Shown here: positions 8,861-20,595 of the stretch, one piece after another
Numbering within the stretch: the first letter of the stretch is position 1
Layout of the letters: every line of letters begins with the position of its first letter
Origin: an uncultured Candidatus Actinomarina sp.
GTDB lineage: Bacteria > Actinomycetota > Acidimicrobiia > Actinomarinales > Actinomarinaceae
Direction: 5' to 3'
DNA length: 64,000 nt
NCBI GenBank assembly: GCA_902596545.1
Contig: CACJUH010000001.1
Span: 6,858 to 70,857 of the forward strand
Notes under the pieces: generated by a model
Databases searched by the model: none
What the model was told of the DNA's origin: nothing
The model's input: the letters and a program-made list of their open reading frames with translations, nothing else
Program-made: the position numbers and the translations under genes

Positions 8861-9471
8861 GCTGGAACGATTCAATGATAAAGCAAGCTAAAAAGATAAT
8901 AAAAATGTATCCCCAAAAGAGATCAGCAATTGGTCCACTTTTACACCTTGCACAAAGTAAAGATGGCTATATATCAGACGACTCTATTGCCGTAATAAGT
9001 GAATTGGTGGGCATTACAGAGGTTCAGGTCAAATCAGTGTCAACTTTTTACTCTATGTACAAGCAAGAACCAACAGGAAAATATCTTTTAAGTGTTTGTA
9101 AATCTATTTCCTGTGAGATAAACAATTCTAAAGAGATAATTGATGTTGTTAAAGACTTTACAGGGCTTAACAATAATGAAACTGATGAGAATGACTTATT
9201 TACATTTGAAGCAGTTGAATGTATAGGAGCATGTGGTGGAGCTCCTGCAATGCAAATAAATTATGAAACTGTTGAAGGCCTGTCTTCTGAAAACACTATA
9301 AAACTCTGCGAGTGGCTAAAAGAAGAACAACCTGATGTGATAATTGCTGAAGAAATGCAAGATAATTTCGGAGGAACAAAATCTTTTGACTGGGCTATTA
9401 AAGACCAATCGGGAACTACAGGTTCTGTGCCAGGATTTCAAACATTTAACACTACAAAGGAGAAAAAGTGA
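8857..9471 (+). CDS. nuoE: NADH-quinone oxidoreductase subunit E (24 kDa, 2Fe-2S)
   Basis: Cys pattern CKSISC...CIGACGGAP. Confidence 0.9.
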   Translation: MSWNDSMIKQAKKIIKMYPQKRSAIGPLLHLAQSKDGYISDDSIAVISELVGITEVQVKSVSTFYSMYKQEPTGKYLLSVCKSISCEINNSKEIIDVVKDFTGLNNNETDENDLFTFEAVECIGACGGAPAMQINYETVEGLSSENTIKLCEWLKEEQPDVIIAEEMQDNFGGTKSFDWAIKDQSGTTGSVPGFQTFNTTKEKK

Positions 9472-10757
9472 AAGAAACTCTTCTTTTAACCAAACACATG
9501 CGTGAAAATCCTGAAGATAGCCATTTAATCGATAGTTATGAAAAAAATGGTGGATATGAGACAGCAAGAAGAACTTTAATTAATGGTTCACCTGAAAATG
9601 TACTTGAAGAAATCAAGGCATCAAATATAAGAGGTAGAGGTGGTGCAGGTTTCCCCACTGGAGTTAAGTGGGGCTTTTTAGCTGAGAATGAAGACAGGTA
9701 TTTAGTAATTAATGCTGACGAATCAGAACCCGGCACTTTCAAAGATAGAATTTTACTCGAGAGAGACCCCCACCAACTAATTGAAGGAATAATCATTACC
9801 TGTTTTGCTGCAAACATTAAAAATGCATTTATCTACATTAGGGGAGAATATGCAAAACCTGCAAGAAGAGTTCAGGATGCAGTAGAACAAGCTTATCAAA
9901 AAGGCTATTTAGGAAAAAATATTTTTAACTCTGAAATGAATTTAGATCTAGTTGTTCATTTAGGTGCAGGTGCATATATATGTGGTGAAGAAACTGCATT
10001 ACTTAATTCACTTGAAGGAAGACGAGGCGAGCCAAGGTTAAAACCTCCTTATTTTCCTGCGGTAAAGGGTCTATATATGAAACCTACTTTAGTTAACAAT
10101 GTTGAGACAATTTCATCTGTTCCATGGATTGTGGAAAATACTGGCAAAGAATATAACAAATTAGGCGTTGAAGGATCTACTGGAACAAGAATTTTCAGTC
10201 TCTCAGGTCATGTAAATAACCCTGGGAATTACGAAATTGAAATGGGAAGTTCATTTGGAGAGTTTGTTGAGTCCTTAGGAAATGGAATAAGAAATAATAA
10301 AAAAGTCAAAGCCTATATTCCTGGTGGTGCATCTGCCCCTTGGTTTAGGGGTGATCAACTTGATATCAAAATGACAATTGATGATGTAGCAAATAACAAT
10401 TCTATGCTTGGCTCCGGGGCAGTTGTGATGATGGATGAGGACACAAATCTTGTAAACGCTGCAAAAAGCATTGTTAGTTTCTTTGCTCATGAATCATGTG
10501 GTCAATGTACACCATGCAGAGAGGGAACAACATGGTTAGAAATGATATTAGACAGAGTTGCTTCTGGTAGAGGTCGAGCATCAGATATCGACCTGCTTCT
10601 TGATGTTTGTGATAATATTTCACCCGGTCTCTCTTGGCCTCCAAAAATGACAACTATTTGTCCATTAGGACCCTCAGCTGTATCACCTATAACATCTTTA
10701 ATGAATGATTTCAGAGAAGAAGTTGAAAGTTTAATTCCAACCAAGGTTCTTTTATGA
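9468..10757 (+). CDS. nuoF: NADH-quinone oxidoreductase subunit F (51 kDa, FMN/NADH site)
   Basis: GRGGAGFPTG, ADESEPGTFKDR and ESCGQCTPCREG motifs. Confidence 0.95.
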   Translation: MKETLLLTKHMRENPEDSHLIDSYEKNGGYETARRTLINGSPENVLEEIKASNIRGRGGAGFPTGVKWGFLAENEDRYLVINADESEPGTFKDRILLERDPHQLIEGIIITCFAANIKNAFIYIRGEYAKPARRVQDAVEQAYQKGYLGKNIFNSEMNLDLVVHLGAGAYICGEETALLNSLEGRRGEPRLKPPYFPAVKGLYMKPTLVNNVETISSVPWIVENTGKEYNKLGVEGSTGTRIFSLSGHVNNPGNYEIEMGSSFGEFVESLGNGIRNNKKVKAYIPGGASAPWFRGDQLDIKMTIDDVANNNSMLGSGAVVMMDEDTNLVNAAKSIVSFFAHESCGQCTPCREGTTWLEMILDRVASGRGRASDIDLLLDVCDNISPGLSWPPKMTTICPLGPSAVSPITSLMNDFREEVESLIPTKVLL

Positions 10758-13066
10758 GTGAAAATATAAAAATAAATGTTAACGGAAATCAAATTGAATC
10801 AACTCCTAACAAATTATTAATTGAAGCTTGTGAAGACTCAGGTATTCATATACCAAGATTTTGCTGGCATAAAAGACTAGACCCTGTTGGAATGTGCAGG
10901 ATGTGTCTAGTAGAAATAGAAACTCCTAGAGGAAAAATGTTAGTTCCATCATGTACAACTGAAGTAACAGATGAAATGGTTGTAGATACCGAGTCTGAAG
11001 TAGTAAAAAAAGCTCAAGAAGGAGTTTTAGAATTTTTACTAATCAATCATCCGCTTGATTGTCCTATATGTGATAAAGCTGGTGAGTGTCCTTTACAAGA
11101 TCAGACTATGGCTTATGGACCTGGAGAAAGCAGATTTGTCGAAGAAAAAAGACACTTTGAAAAACCAATTTCTATTTCTGAAATTATTCTTTTAGACAGA
11201 GAAAGATGTATTCTATGTGCTCGATGTACAAGGTTTTCTGATGAAATTTCAGGAGATCCATTAATTGAATTTATTCAAAGAGGCAATAAAACAGAAGTTA
11301 ATACTTTTCCTAATGAACCTTTTAAGTCTTACTTCTCTGGCAACACAGTACAAATCTGTCCAGTAGGTGCATTAACGTCAACTTCATACAGGTTTAAAGC
11401 AAGACCCTGGGATCTAAAATCAGTTAGATCAACATGTAATGGCTGTCCAGTAGGTTGTTCAACAGAATTAAACTCATCTCAAAACAAAATGCTCAGAATT
11501 CTTGGAGTTGATAACGATAGTGTAAATCAAGGTTGGCTTTGTGATAAAGGTAGGTACAATTTTGAATACTTAAATTCAGAATTTAGGTTAAAAAATCCAT
11601 TAAAAAAAATAGACAATGAACTTAAGGAAACGTCAGTCAAGGAAATCTACACAGAATTAAGTGAATTAATTAGCGATAGAAATACAAATATAAATTTTTT
11701 AATAGGCACTAATAGTACCAATGAAGATTATGTTGCTTTTAATGAGTTTGCTAAAAACTTTCCTACAACAAATCAAACCTTCTATTTAAATGATGACTAT
11801 CTATATGCTGGATTTTTTGAACAAGATATAAACAGAGCAACAATCGATGATTTAAATAACTCTGAAGCAATTGTAATTTGGGCTGAAGATTTAAAAGAAA
11901 ATCTCCCAGTGCTTTATTTACGAGTGAGACAAGCTGTAAAAAATGGAGTGAAACTTATAGTTTTTGGCCATTCAAACTCAACTTTAGAAGACATAGCTGA
12001 TTTTTATTATTCCGAAGATATTGTCTCTGAAAATTTTGAAATAATAAAAGATATATCCAAATTAAAAGGTATAAAAGAGCACGTTAAAGATAAGAATGTG
12101 ACAGCGATAATAGGAAAATCTACCCCTTATCAACTAGATGAGTATTTAGATAAATTAGTATCGTATTTAGTCGAAAATTCTAACTCAAAAATAATGAATG
12201 CATTTTCTAGCGGTAATACTTTTGGTGCAATTAATAATTTAGATAATGTAAAAAATCTGAGAGATTTTACAAAAAATGTAAGTTCTGAAAATACTGATTT
12301 ACTATTTATTGTTGGATCTGACCCAATAGGTAGATCTGTTTTCTCAAATGAAATTCATAGAATTATTGAAGATATAGATAATGTCGTATGTTTAGATTTA
12401 TTTTTACATGAAACCTCTGAATTATGCAATTACATCATTCCTACAAGTTCAACATTAGGAGAGAAAGAAGGAACCTTTACTAATATCGAATTTAGAACTT
12501 CAAGAATTGATAAACTTGTACCTTCACCTGGCCAAAGTCTGAGTGATTGGGAATTTATTTCTGGGCTTTCTAACTTTTGTAATTTCATTAATAATATTGA
12601 TAGCCTAGATGGCTTAAACGAGTTAGCTTATCAAGATTTTGATAATCAAGACAGTCCATCATTTAAAAATTTAGATAAACCAAGTAATTTTGATGGGATT
12701 ATTAATGATTACCAGCCCAATGTATCAACTATGCCCAACGAAACTATTACTTCACAATATTTTGTTGGAAAAAAACTCTACGGTGACAATATAACTATTC
12801 GTTACTCAGACAGCATATCACTCCTCGGCGCAAAACAATTTATCGAAGCAAGTGAATCAACAATTGAAAAACTTAATTTATCATCTGGTGAATGCACATT
12901 AAAACAAAATGGTCACCAAGTCTCAGCAAATTATGTTGTTAATAACAAACTTGCAGATGGAGTAATATTCATTCCGCAAAATAGAAGAAATTTTAACAGA
13001 TTTGATTTTTCAGAAACTATTGAAATATCACCAAATCAATCCAAAGAAGCTTTAAATGTCAATTGA
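10754..13066 (+). CDS. nuoG: NADH-quinone oxidoreductase subunit G (75 kDa)
   Basis: N-terminal 2Fe-2S/4Fe-4S Cys clusters (CWHKRL...CRMCLVE, HPLDCPICDKAGECPLQ), 770 aa. Confidence 0.9.
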   Translation: MSENIKINVNGNQIESTPNKLLIEACEDSGIHIPRFCWHKRLDPVGMCRMCLVEIETPRGKMLVPSCTTEVTDEMVVDTESEVVKKAQEGVLEFLLINHPLDCPICDKAGECPLQDQTMAYGPGESRFVEEKRHFEKPISISEIILLDRERCILCARCTRFSDEISGDPLIEFIQRGNKTEVNTFPNEPFKSYFSGNTVQICPVGALTSTSYRFKARPWDLKSVRSTCNGCPVGCSTELNSSQNKMLRILGVDNDSVNQGWLCDKGRYNFEYLNSEFRLKNPLKKIDNELKETSVKEIYTELSELISDRNTNINFLIGTNSTNEDYVAFNEFAKNFPTTNQTFYLNDDYLYAGFFEQDINRATIDDLNNSEAIVIWAEDLKENLPVLYLRVRQAVKNGVKLIVFGHSNSTLEDIADFYYSEDIVSENFEIIKDISKLKGIKEHVKDKNVTAIIGKSTPYQLDEYLDKLVSYLVENSNSKIMNAFSSGNTFGAINNLDNVKNLRDFTKNVSSENTDLLFIVGSDPIGRSVFSNEIHRIIEDIDNVVCLDLFLHETSELCNYIIPTSSTLGEKEGTFTNIEFRTSRIDKLVPSPGQSLSDWEFISGLSNFCNFINNIDSLDGLNELAYQDFDNQDSPSFKNLDKPSNFDGIINDYQPNVSTMPNETITSQYFVGKKLYGDNITIRYSDSISLLGAKQFIEASESTIEKLNLSSGECTLKQNGHQVSANYVVNNKLADGVIFIPQNRRNFNRFDFSETIEISPNQSKEALNVN

Positions 13067-14153
13067 GTTAATAATTTCACTGGTAAAAGCAAACATAGTT
13101 TTGGCAGTCTTATTAACCAACACAATATTATTAATTTGGTTTGAAAGAAAAGTAGTTGCAGGAATGCAATCTAGAGTTGGACCTGATAGAGCTGGTCCAT
13201 TTGGAATACTTCAAACTTTAGCTGATGCTATTAAGTTACTATTAAAAGAACAAATTCTCCCTTCAAAAGCTGACAGAGCAATGTACCTTCTTGCACCATT
13301 AATTGCACTTGTTCCATCTTTTTTAATCTTTATGATTATTCCTTTAGGGCCTGATATCACGGTTGAATGGCAAAATGCACTATATACCATTCCATTAGTT
13401 GGTGCAGATTTAAACGTAGGAGTCTTGTACTTCTTAGCACTTTCCTCAATTGCTGTATATAGCGTTGTTTTGGCTGGATGGTCTTCAGGATCAAAATATC
13501 CTTTATTAGGAGGAGTAAGAGCTTCCGCACAAATGATTTCTTATGAAGCTGCGATGGGCTTAGCATTAGTCCCTGTTATTTTGTATTCAGGATCACTTTC
13601 CTTGGTTGATATTGTAAATAGCCAATCAGGAAATTTATCTAGTTCAATTCCAATTCTTAATACAATCGTTTCATTTATTCCTAAATGGAATATTTTTCCT
13701 CAATTTGTTGCATTTGGAATATTTTTTATAGCTGCAGTAGCTGAAGTTAATCGGGCACCTTTTGACTTAGTTGAAGCTGAACAGGAACTAGTTGGAGGTT
13801 TTCATACTGAATATTCAGGTTTTAGATTCGCTATGTTCTTTTTGGCAGAGTATATAAATATGTTCAACATGTGTGCGATTACAGCAACTTTCTTTTTAGG
13901 TGGATGGCTAGGCCCTACATTTGAAGGAATATTACCTCCAATTTTCTCAGTTATAATGCCAATAATCTGGCTAGGTGTAAAAACTTTTCTACTTTTATTT
14001 GTTTTTGTCTGGATAAGAGCAACACTCCCTAGATTAAGATACGACCAGTTAATGGAACTAGGATGGAAAAGAATGATTCCACTATCTTTAGTTTGGCTAA
14101 TACTTTCAGCAATAGTTTTAGGCTTAAGAGAATTTGGATTACCTTGGAGTTAA
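13056..14153 (+). CDS. nuoH: NADH-quinone oxidoreductase subunit H
   Basis: MQSRVGPDRAGPFGILQ and FDLVEAEQELVGGFHTEYSG motifs. Confidence 0.95.
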   Translation: MSIELIISLVKANIVLAVLLTNTILLIWFERKVVAGMQSRVGPDRAGPFGILQTLADAIKLLLKEQILPSKADRAMYLLAPLIALVPSFLIFMIIPLGPDITVEWQNALYTIPLVGADLNVGVLYFLALSSIAVYSVVLAGWSSGSKYPLLGGVRASAQMISYEAAMGLALVPVILYSGSLSLVDIVNSQSGNLSSSIPILNTIVSFIPKWNIFPQFVAFGIFFIAAVAEVNRAPFDLVEAEQELVGGFHTEYSGFRFAMFFLAEYINMFNMCAITATFFLGGWLGPTFEGILPPIFSVIMPIIWLGVKTFLLLFVFVWIRATLPRLRYDQLMELGWKRMIPLSLVWLILSAIVLGLREFGLPWS

Positions 14154-14156
14154 ATT

Positions 14157-14771
14157 ATGAGTGAAAGTTTCGGATTATTTAAGGGATTAAAAGTAACTTT
14201 TAAAGAATTGTTCAGAAAATCTGTAACTGATAAGTATCCTAAAGAATTTAGAGAAAAGCCACAGAGATTTCATGGCCGTCATGTATTAAATAGATATGAA
14301 GATGGAATGGAAAAATGTATTGGTTGTGAATTGTGTGCAGGAGTATGTCCAGCTCAATGTATTTATGTCAGAGGTGAAGATAATCCTGAAGACGAACCTG
14401 TAAGCCCAGGTGAGAGATACGGATTTATTTACGAAATAAATATGCTCAGATGCATTTACTGCGCGCTTTGTGTTGAAGCTTGCCCAACAGAGGCAATAAC
14501 AATGACGTCATTATTTGAAATGAGTGTGGCTAATAGGTCAGAAGCAATTTTTGATAAATCTGTTTTAGTTGTGAATGATGATGGAACTCCAAATACTCAC
14601 GAAGAACAAACAAAACTTACAAGATTTGAAGAACTGCAAACTTCTGATGGATGGATGAGAGCAACGTCTTCAAATGGTAATCCAAATTTTCAAAATGTTG
14701 TTAACTGGTCTGGCTCATTGGGTGTAGGAAAAAAAGATCCTGAAAAAGGCCAATCCTTAGAGGAAGAGTAG
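14157..14771 (+). CDS. nuoI: NADH-quinone oxidoreductase subunit I (2x4Fe-4S)
   Basis: Two CxxCxxCxxxCP ferredoxin motifs. Confidence 0.9.
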   Translation: MSESFGLFKGLKVTFKELFRKSVTDKYPKEFREKPQRFHGRHVLNRYEDGMEKCIGCELCAGVCPAQCIYVRGEDNPEDEPVSPGERYGFIYEINMLRCIYCALCVEACPTEAITMTSLFEMSVANRSEAIFDKSVLVVNDDGTPNTHEEQTKLTRFEELQTSDGWMRATSSNGNPNFQNVVNWSGSLGVGKKDPEKGQSLEEE

Positions 14772-14772
14772 C

Positions 14773-15300
14773 TTGGTTGATTTAATCTTATTCTTTATTC
14801 CTTCTGCATTAATAATTATTGGCGCATTAATAGTAGTCTTTGCGAAAAATCCTGTGCACAATGCAATGGGTCTTGTTATGACACTAGTTTCAATTGCAAT
14901 TATTTATATAACGCTCAATGCTACATTTGTCGCCATGGTACAAATGCTCGTGTATGCAGGTGCAGTAATGACTTTATTTTTATTCGTAATCATGATGATA
15001 GGAGTTGATAAAAAAGAACAAAGTTCAGAATCTATTAAAGGACAGACTTTTTTAGTTAGCGGAGTTTTCTTGATTCTCATTTCAATACTGGGCTATGTTG
15101 CTATTAGTTCTGAATTCAAATGGGACTTGTGGTTTGAAGCTGTTGAATTTGCAGTAGAGGGCACCCCTCAACTAATTGCGGGTACTTTGTTTACCGCTTG
15201 GATTTTCCCATTCGAAATAATTTCAATTCTACTAATCGTTGCAACCGCAGCAGCTATTGCTCTTGCGTACGATTCTAAAAGAAAGAAAAACGATGTTTGA
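14773..15300 (+). CDS. nuoJ: NADH-quinone oxidoreductase subunit J
   Basis: TTG start, five TM helices, operon position. Confidence 0.85.
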   Translation: MVDLILFFIPSALIIIGALIVVFAKNPVHNAMGLVMTLVSIAIIYITLNATFVAMVQMLVYAGAVMTLFLFVIMMIGVDKKEQSSESIKGQTFLVSGVFLILISILGYVAISSEFKWDLWFEAVEFAVEGTPQLIAGTLFTAWIFPFEIISILLIVATAAAIALAYDSKRKKNDV

Positions 15301-15601
15301 AGTAACAACTGATTGGTATCTGACACTTTCTGCAATTCTGTTTTCAATTGGTTTTTTTGGAATGATGATAAGAAAGAATGCTTTGATAATGTTTATGTGT
15401 ATTGAGTTAATGTTGAATGCTGTTAACTTAACTTTCATATCAGCATCTAAGCATTTTGGTCAAATAGATGGCCAGATTGCTGTTTTTTTTGTTCTAGTAG
15501 TTGCAGCAGCTGAAGTAGTTGTAGGATTAGCAATTATTGTTTCAATTTTTAGAAAGCAATCATCTGCATCTGTAGATGTTTTAAATGTGTCTAGAGGTTA
15601 A
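15293..15601 (+). CDS. nuoK: NADH-quinone oxidoreductase subunit K
   Basis: Start placed at the internal ATG ([17 protein letters not shown]) that overlaps the nuoJ stop. The track ORF 15239 is over-extended. Confidence 0.85.
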   Translation: MFEVTTDWYLTLSAILFSIGFFGMMIRKNALIMFMCIELMLNAVNLTFISASKHFGQIDGQIAVFFVLVVAAAEVVVGLAIIVSIFRKQSSASVDVLNVSRG

Positions 15602-17504
15602 TTTGGAATTACTGTTCTTACTTCCAATTTTCCTTCCTTTGTTAACAGCTATATTTTTATTTTTTAACAAAAATTTATTTAATGAACTTATTACCAATTT
15701 TTTTACTTTAAATAGCGCTCTATTGTCTTTTGCCATATCGTTTTATGTATTCGTTATGCTGGCACTTGATAAATTTCAACCAATTAATTACAGCATTTTT
15801 CAATGGACCAATACTCCTGACATAAAAATAGGCTTCACTCTCGATGGTCTTTCAGGAATAATGCTTTTATTAGTGACAGGCTTGTCTTTCATTATTCAAC
15901 TTTTTTCAACTTCTTATATGGAGACAGATGAAAAGCATAACAATTATTTTGTTTATTTTAATTTTTTTGTATTTTCAATGCTTTTGTTAGTAATGTCTTC
16001 AAATTTCTTAGTTATGTTTTTTGGATGGGAACTAGTAGGGCTTAGTTCATATTTATTAATATCATTTTGGTCAAAAAAACCGGCAGCAGCAAAAGCTGGA
16101 AACAAGGCATTTATATTAAACAGAGTTGGAGATTTTGGTTTCCTAATTGGATTAATGATTATATTAAATACTTTTAATACATTTGATTTTTACACTGTTT
16201 TGAAGAGTGCATCAGACGTTCCAGAAAATACGATTACTTTAATAACATTATTTTTGCTTCTTGGAGCATTTGGTAAATCTGCTCAGTTCCCACTTTTTAG
16301 TTGGCTACCAGATGCAATGGAAGGACCTACTCCTGCAAGTGCATTAATCCATGCTGCGACTATGGTCACAGCAGGGGTGTTCATGCTTGTTAGAATTTCA
16401 CCTATCCTTCAGCATTCAAAAATTGCCGGAATGGTGATAATTTCATTTGGTCTTCTAACCGCTTTACTTGCTGCCTTTTCAGCAATAAACCAGTATGATA
16501 TTAAAAAAGTATTAGCCTATTCAACCATTTCTCAATTAGGATTTATGTTCATTGCAATTGGTGCTGGGGCATATGTAGCAGCTATCTTTCATCTTGTAAC
16601 GCATGCTTTTTTTAAAGCTTTATTATTTTTAGGTGCAGGTGCAGTTATTCACTCTATGCATCACGAACAAGACATTAGAAAGATGGGCGCATTAAGAAAA
16701 CAAATGCCTGTTACTGCTTCAATGATGGGAATTGGAACTCTAGCAATATCCGGCATTCCTCCACTGGCTGGTTTTTGGTCAAAAGATGAAATTCTAGCTT
16801 CAGTGTTTGCAAATGGTGGAATCTATTACATATTTTGGGCACTTGGGTTGGGTGCAGCTTTTTTAACAGCGTTTTATATGGGAAGACACTGGTTATTAAT
16901 TTTTGAAAAAGACAATGGTTTTGATCACTCTAATGTAAATGAGGCCCCAAAAACTATGACAAGGCCTTTGATTATTCTTGGATTGTTTTCAATTTTTATG
17001 GGATTTATTAACACACCTTTTTTCCACGGAGTTGAAAAAGTTCTTCATTATTCTCTTGAGGGAGTTGAAATAACTCATCTACCAGAGGGTATTACATTAA
17101 TTGTGCTTGCAGTTTTATCAATTGGTGCTGGTTTTACAGGATTATTAATAGCATATTTAATATTTTCATTTGAAATTTTTAAAAGATTCAACTTTAAGAG
17201 AATTAATTTAGATTATCCGATCAATTTAGTAAAAGACTTGTCATTTAATGTGCTCTACCTAAATAAATTCGGTAATTCAATTTTTGTTACAGGAATGAAA
17301 AACTTTACTAGAAAGGTTGCAGTAATTGTTGATGGATTAATTATTGATGGTTCTGTTAATTTTGTTTCAACTGCATTTGGTAAAACTTCAAGAGTTGCAT
17401 CCGCTACCCAGACCGGTCTAGTAAGAAGCTATGTAGTGTATTTTGGATTATTTCTACTTCTCCTAATTGGTTTATTTATTATTACTCCGATGGTGCCACA
17501 ATGA
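15585..17504 (+). CDS. nuoL: NADH-quinone oxidoreductase subunit L (antiporter-like)
   Basis: [26 protein letters not shown] motif. C-terminal long horizontal helix region. Confidence 0.95.
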   Translation: MCLEVNLELLFLLPIFLPLLTAIFLFFNKNLFNELITNFFTLNSALLSFAISFYVFVMLALDKFQPINYSIFQWTNTPDIKIGFTLDGLSGIMLLLVTGLSFIIQLFSTSYMETDEKHNNYFVYFNFFVFSMLLLVMSSNFLVMFFGWELVGLSSYLLISFWSKKPAAAKAGNKAFILNRVGDFGFLIGLMIILNTFNTFDFYTVLKSASDVPENTITLITLFLLLGAFGKSAQFPLFSWLPDAMEGPTPASALIHAATMVTAGVFMLVRISPILQHSKIAGMVIISFGLLTALLAAFSAINQYDIKKVLAYSTISQLGFMFIAIGAGAYVAAIFHLVTHAFFKALLFLGAGAVIHSMHHEQDIRKMGALRKQMPVTASMMGIGTLAISGIPPLAGFWSKDEILASVFANGGIYYIFWALGLGAAFLTAFYMGRHWLLIFEKDNGFDHSNVNEAPKTMTRPLIILGLFSIFMGFINTPFFHGVEKVLHYSLEGVEITHLPEGITLIVLAVLSIGAGFTGLLIAYLIFSFEIFKRFNFKRINLDYPINLVKDLSFNVLYLNKFGNSIFVTGMKNFTRKVAVIVDGLIIDGSVNFVSTAFGKTSRVASATQTGLVRSYVVYFGLFLLLLIGLFIITPMVPQ

Positions 17505-18988
17505 CCGGAATAATAATTTCCCTTCTAATCGTTCCACTTTTTAGTGCACTTTTAGTTTTTATGATTCCCAATTCTAGAAAAGAAATTTTTAGACCAATTG
17601 GTATAGTATTTTCCCTTATAACTCTTACACAATGTTTTTATTTATTATTCAGCGACTATGGAAAAACAAAATTTGTAATTCTTTCTAATTACAAATGGAT
17701 CCAATCTTACGGGCTTGAAATCAGCTTAGGAATTTCTGGTATGTCAACATTACTATTATTACTAACTTCACTTTTAGTATGTGTTTCCTTATTATCAATT
17801 GGAAATGAACATGCAGAAAGCAAGGGTTTTATCGGGTCATTACTTGCATTACATTTTGCAATTAATGGTGTTTTTATCAGTGGCGATTTAATTTCTCTAT
17901 TCATATTCTTTGAAGCGTTATTAATACCAATGTATTTCTTAATGGGAATATGGGGAGGAGAAAATAGAAGATATGCAACAATAAAATTTATTCTTTATAC
18001 AGTTTTTGGTTCAGTTTTTATTTTCATCGGTACAGTATATGCAGCTGTAATAAGCTATGGCGCTAATGGCGCACTAGCTGTTGATTTTGATTCACTTGCA
18101 AGCTTAGCTCTTACCTCTTCACAATCTAAAACTTTGTTTTTGCTATTTACTTTCGGCTTTTTAATTAAAGTTCCAATATTTCCTCTTCACACTTGGTTAC
18201 CAGATGCACACGTTGAAGCCCCAACAGCTGGAAGTATTTTATTAGCAGGTGTTTTATTAAAAGTAGGCGCCTACGGAATTTTAAGAGTATCAATACCATT
18301 TTTTACTGAGGGATTTTTAGCGTATAAAAATTTTGTTGCTGTTCTATCAGTGATTGGAATTATTTATGGTGCAATAGTTGCAATTGCACAAATAGACATT
18401 AAAAAGTTAATTGCATATTCATCCGTAAGCCATATGGGGTATGTTATGTTGGGTATTTCAGCTGGAGGTTATTTAAGTATTGAGGGTGCAATTATTCAAA
18501 TGATAAATCATGGTATAACAGCTGGTGCACTATTTATGCTTGTAGGATTTCTTTATGAAAGAAGACACACCCGAAATATTAGTTCATTTGGCGGAATTAA
18601 AATTACAATGCCACGATACGCGGCAATATTTTTGTTCACCTCTTTTGCCTCGATAGGACTTCCAGGACTAAATGGTTTTGTTGGTGAATTTATGATATTA
18701 ATGGGAAGCTTTAATAGTTATAAATTCTTAACATCAATTGCAGCATTTGGTGTAGTGTTAGCTGCAATCTACATGCTATGGGCTTATCAAAGAATTTTTA
18801 CAGGTCCGATTTCTAATGAAAAAAATGAAAGCTTGAAAGATTTAGATATAAGAGAAACTCTATCAATTGTTCCTCTTGTTTTACTCATGTTATTTATTGG
18901 AATTTACCCAAGCTATATTGAAAGTTTTGTTATTCAGGAAGCAGGGTTCATAAGTGAAACAATTGCTTTATTTAAGGATATAAAATGA
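17501..18988 (+). CDS. nuoM: NADH-quinone oxidoreductase subunit M
   Basis: HTWLPDAHVEAPTAGS motif. Confidence 0.95.
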   Translation: MTGIIISLLIVPLFSALLVFMIPNSRKEIFRPIGIVFSLITLTQCFYLLFSDYGKTKFVILSNYKWIQSYGLEISLGISGMSTLLLLLTSLLVCVSLLSIGNEHAESKGFIGSLLALHFAINGVFISGDLISLFIFFEALLIPMYFLMGIWGGENRRYATIKFILYTVFGSVFIFIGTVYAAVISYGANGALAVDFDSLASLALTSSQSKTLFLLFTFGFLIKVPIFPLHTWLPDAHVEAPTAGSILLAGVLLKVGAYGILRVSIPFFTEGFLAYKNFVAVLSVIGIIYGAIVAIAQIDIKKLIAYSSVSHMGYVMLGISAGGYLSIEGAIIQMINHGITAGALFMLVGFLYERRHTRNISSFGGIKITMPRYAAIFLFTSFASIGLPGLNGFVGEFMILMGSFNSYKFLTSIAAFGVVLAAIYMLWAYQRIFTGPISNEKNESLKDLDIRETLSIVPLVLLMLFIGIYPSYIESFVIQEAGFISETIALFKDIK

Positions 18989-20457
18989 ACGGTATTTCTG
19001 AAATCTTAGGTATTAATTTTGTGGTGATTGGTCCAACCCTTGCACTGCTATTTACAACTCTAGTGTTGCTTTTTTGCACAATTACAATCTCAACGCCCGT
19101 TTATGTTAAAAAATATATTTCATTTGTTGGAATTCTTATTACATTATTTACAATTTTTCTTAAATTTGGACTTTTTGCAAGAGATGGTATAACGTCTTAT
19201 TTTTCAGAGAAGATACTTCTTGATGAGTTCTCTTTAGTCGGAAATGTTCTTATTGGATTAGTTTTACTGTTAACATTTAATTCCTTTTGGAAAACTTCAG
19301 AAGTAATTGATAACAAAACTACAGAAGCTTTGATTTTAATTTTGATGTCTGCATCTGGATTTCTACTTATGGTTGATGCAGAAAACTTCATAATGTTATT
19401 TATTGGTTTAGAAATTGGATCAATAAGTCTGTATGCATTGGCTGGATTAAATCGAGGTGATCAACTCAGTAACGAGGCATCTTTAAAGTATTTTCTTTTA
19501 GGATCGTTAGCTTCTTGTATTTTAATTTATGGTGTTGCACTTTTATACGTCTCTTTATCAATAAGTGGAGTATACGAAACGAGCATCGCAATCAGTTTTA
19601 TTGGTCCTGACAATGTTCCGCTAACAAGTTTGATTGGTTTGATAATGATACTAGTTGGACTTTTGTTTAAGGTTGCGGCTGCACCATTTCAAGCATGGGC
19701 ACCTGATGTCTACCAAGGTTCTCCAACGGGATATGTTGGATATATGGCTGCTGTTGCAAAAGCTTCTTCATTTATAGTTTTAGCAAGGCTTTCCGCTATT
19801 TCATTAAGATTCATCCTTGATAAATTTGATTTATTTTTTACAGCAATTGTAATTTTGTCAGTTTTAGCTGGTGCATTATTTGCTACAAATCAAACTGATA
19901 TCAAAAGGCTGATTGCATATAGTGGAGTCATACAGTCTGGATTTATACTTTCGGGGATCTCTTTTGGTGTCTATGGCATAAGCGCATCTATATTTTATTT
20001 GATCACGTACATCATACAATTAATTGGAGTTTTTACAGTATTTTCAATTATAAGTGGACAATTGAGTTCAGATTTTAAAATCTCAAATTTGTCAGGCTTG
20101 TTTAAAGAAAATAAATTTTTAACCGTTACGTTTTCTATATTCATGCTTGGCATTGCAGGACTCCCTCTAACTAGTGGATTCGTCTCAAAATTTATTTTGA
20201 TTACAAATTTATGGTCATATGAAAAATATTTAATCGTGACTGTATTAATGCTTACAACAGTCGCTGGGTTCTATTTTTACTTAAGACCAATTTGGGTAGC
20301 TGCAATTGAAAAAACTGATAATTCAATTGGAAAGATAAAAATTAGTATTTCTGATAAAGTTTTACTTGGATTTATGGCTGCTTTGACAATTTATTTTGGA
20401 CTTTTACCAAATACTCTTGTAAACATCACTAGATGGATGGTAGAAAACTACCTTTAG
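18985..20457 (+). CDS. nuoN: NADH-quinone oxidoreductase subunit N
   Basis: APFQAWAPDVYQGSPT motif. Confidence 0.95.
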   Translation: MNGISEILGINFVVIGPTLALLFTTLVLLFCTITISTPVYVKKYISFVGILITLFTIFLKFGLFARDGITSYFSEKILLDEFSLVGNVLIGLVLLLTFNSFWKTSEVIDNKTTEALILILMSASGFLLMVDAENFIMLFIGLEIGSISLYALAGLNRGDQLSNEASLKYFLLGSLASCILIYGVALLYVSLSISGVYETSIAISFIGPDNVPLTSLIGLIMILVGLLFKVAAAPFQAWAPDVYQGSPTGYVGYMAAVAKASSFIVLARLSAISLRFILDKFDLFFTAIVILSVLAGALFATNQTDIKRLIAYSGVIQSGFILSGISFGVYGISASIFYLITYIIQLIGVFTVFSIISGQLSSDFKISNLSGLFKENKFLTVTFSIFMLGIAGLPLTSGFVSKFILITNLWSYEKYLIVTVLMLTTVAGFYFYLRPIWVAAIEKTDNSIGKIKISISDKVLLGFMAALTIYFGLLPNTLVNITRWMVENYL

Positions 20458-20460
20458 AAA

Positions 20461-20595
20461 ATGCTTATAAAGATAACACCTCCGCCAGTCTTTCAACACC
20501 AAGGTGGATGGGATGAGATGCTGATGTTTTTAATACCAGCCCTTTTATTGACTTGGTTAAGAAACAAACAAAAAAATGAAAATTCAGAGGAATAG
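20461..20595 (+). CDS. Possible 44-aa single-TM peptide directly downstream of nuoN (MLIKITPPPVFQHQGGWDEMLMFLIPALLLTWLRNKQKNENSEE)
   Basis: ATG lies 3 nt after the nuoN stop. Hydrophobic core, followed by a T-rich tract at 20597-20612. Below the 60-aa cut-off of the ORF track, so found by reading the gap. Confidence 0.25.
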   Translation: MLIKITPPPVFQHQGGWDEMLMFLIPALLLTWLRNKQKNENSEE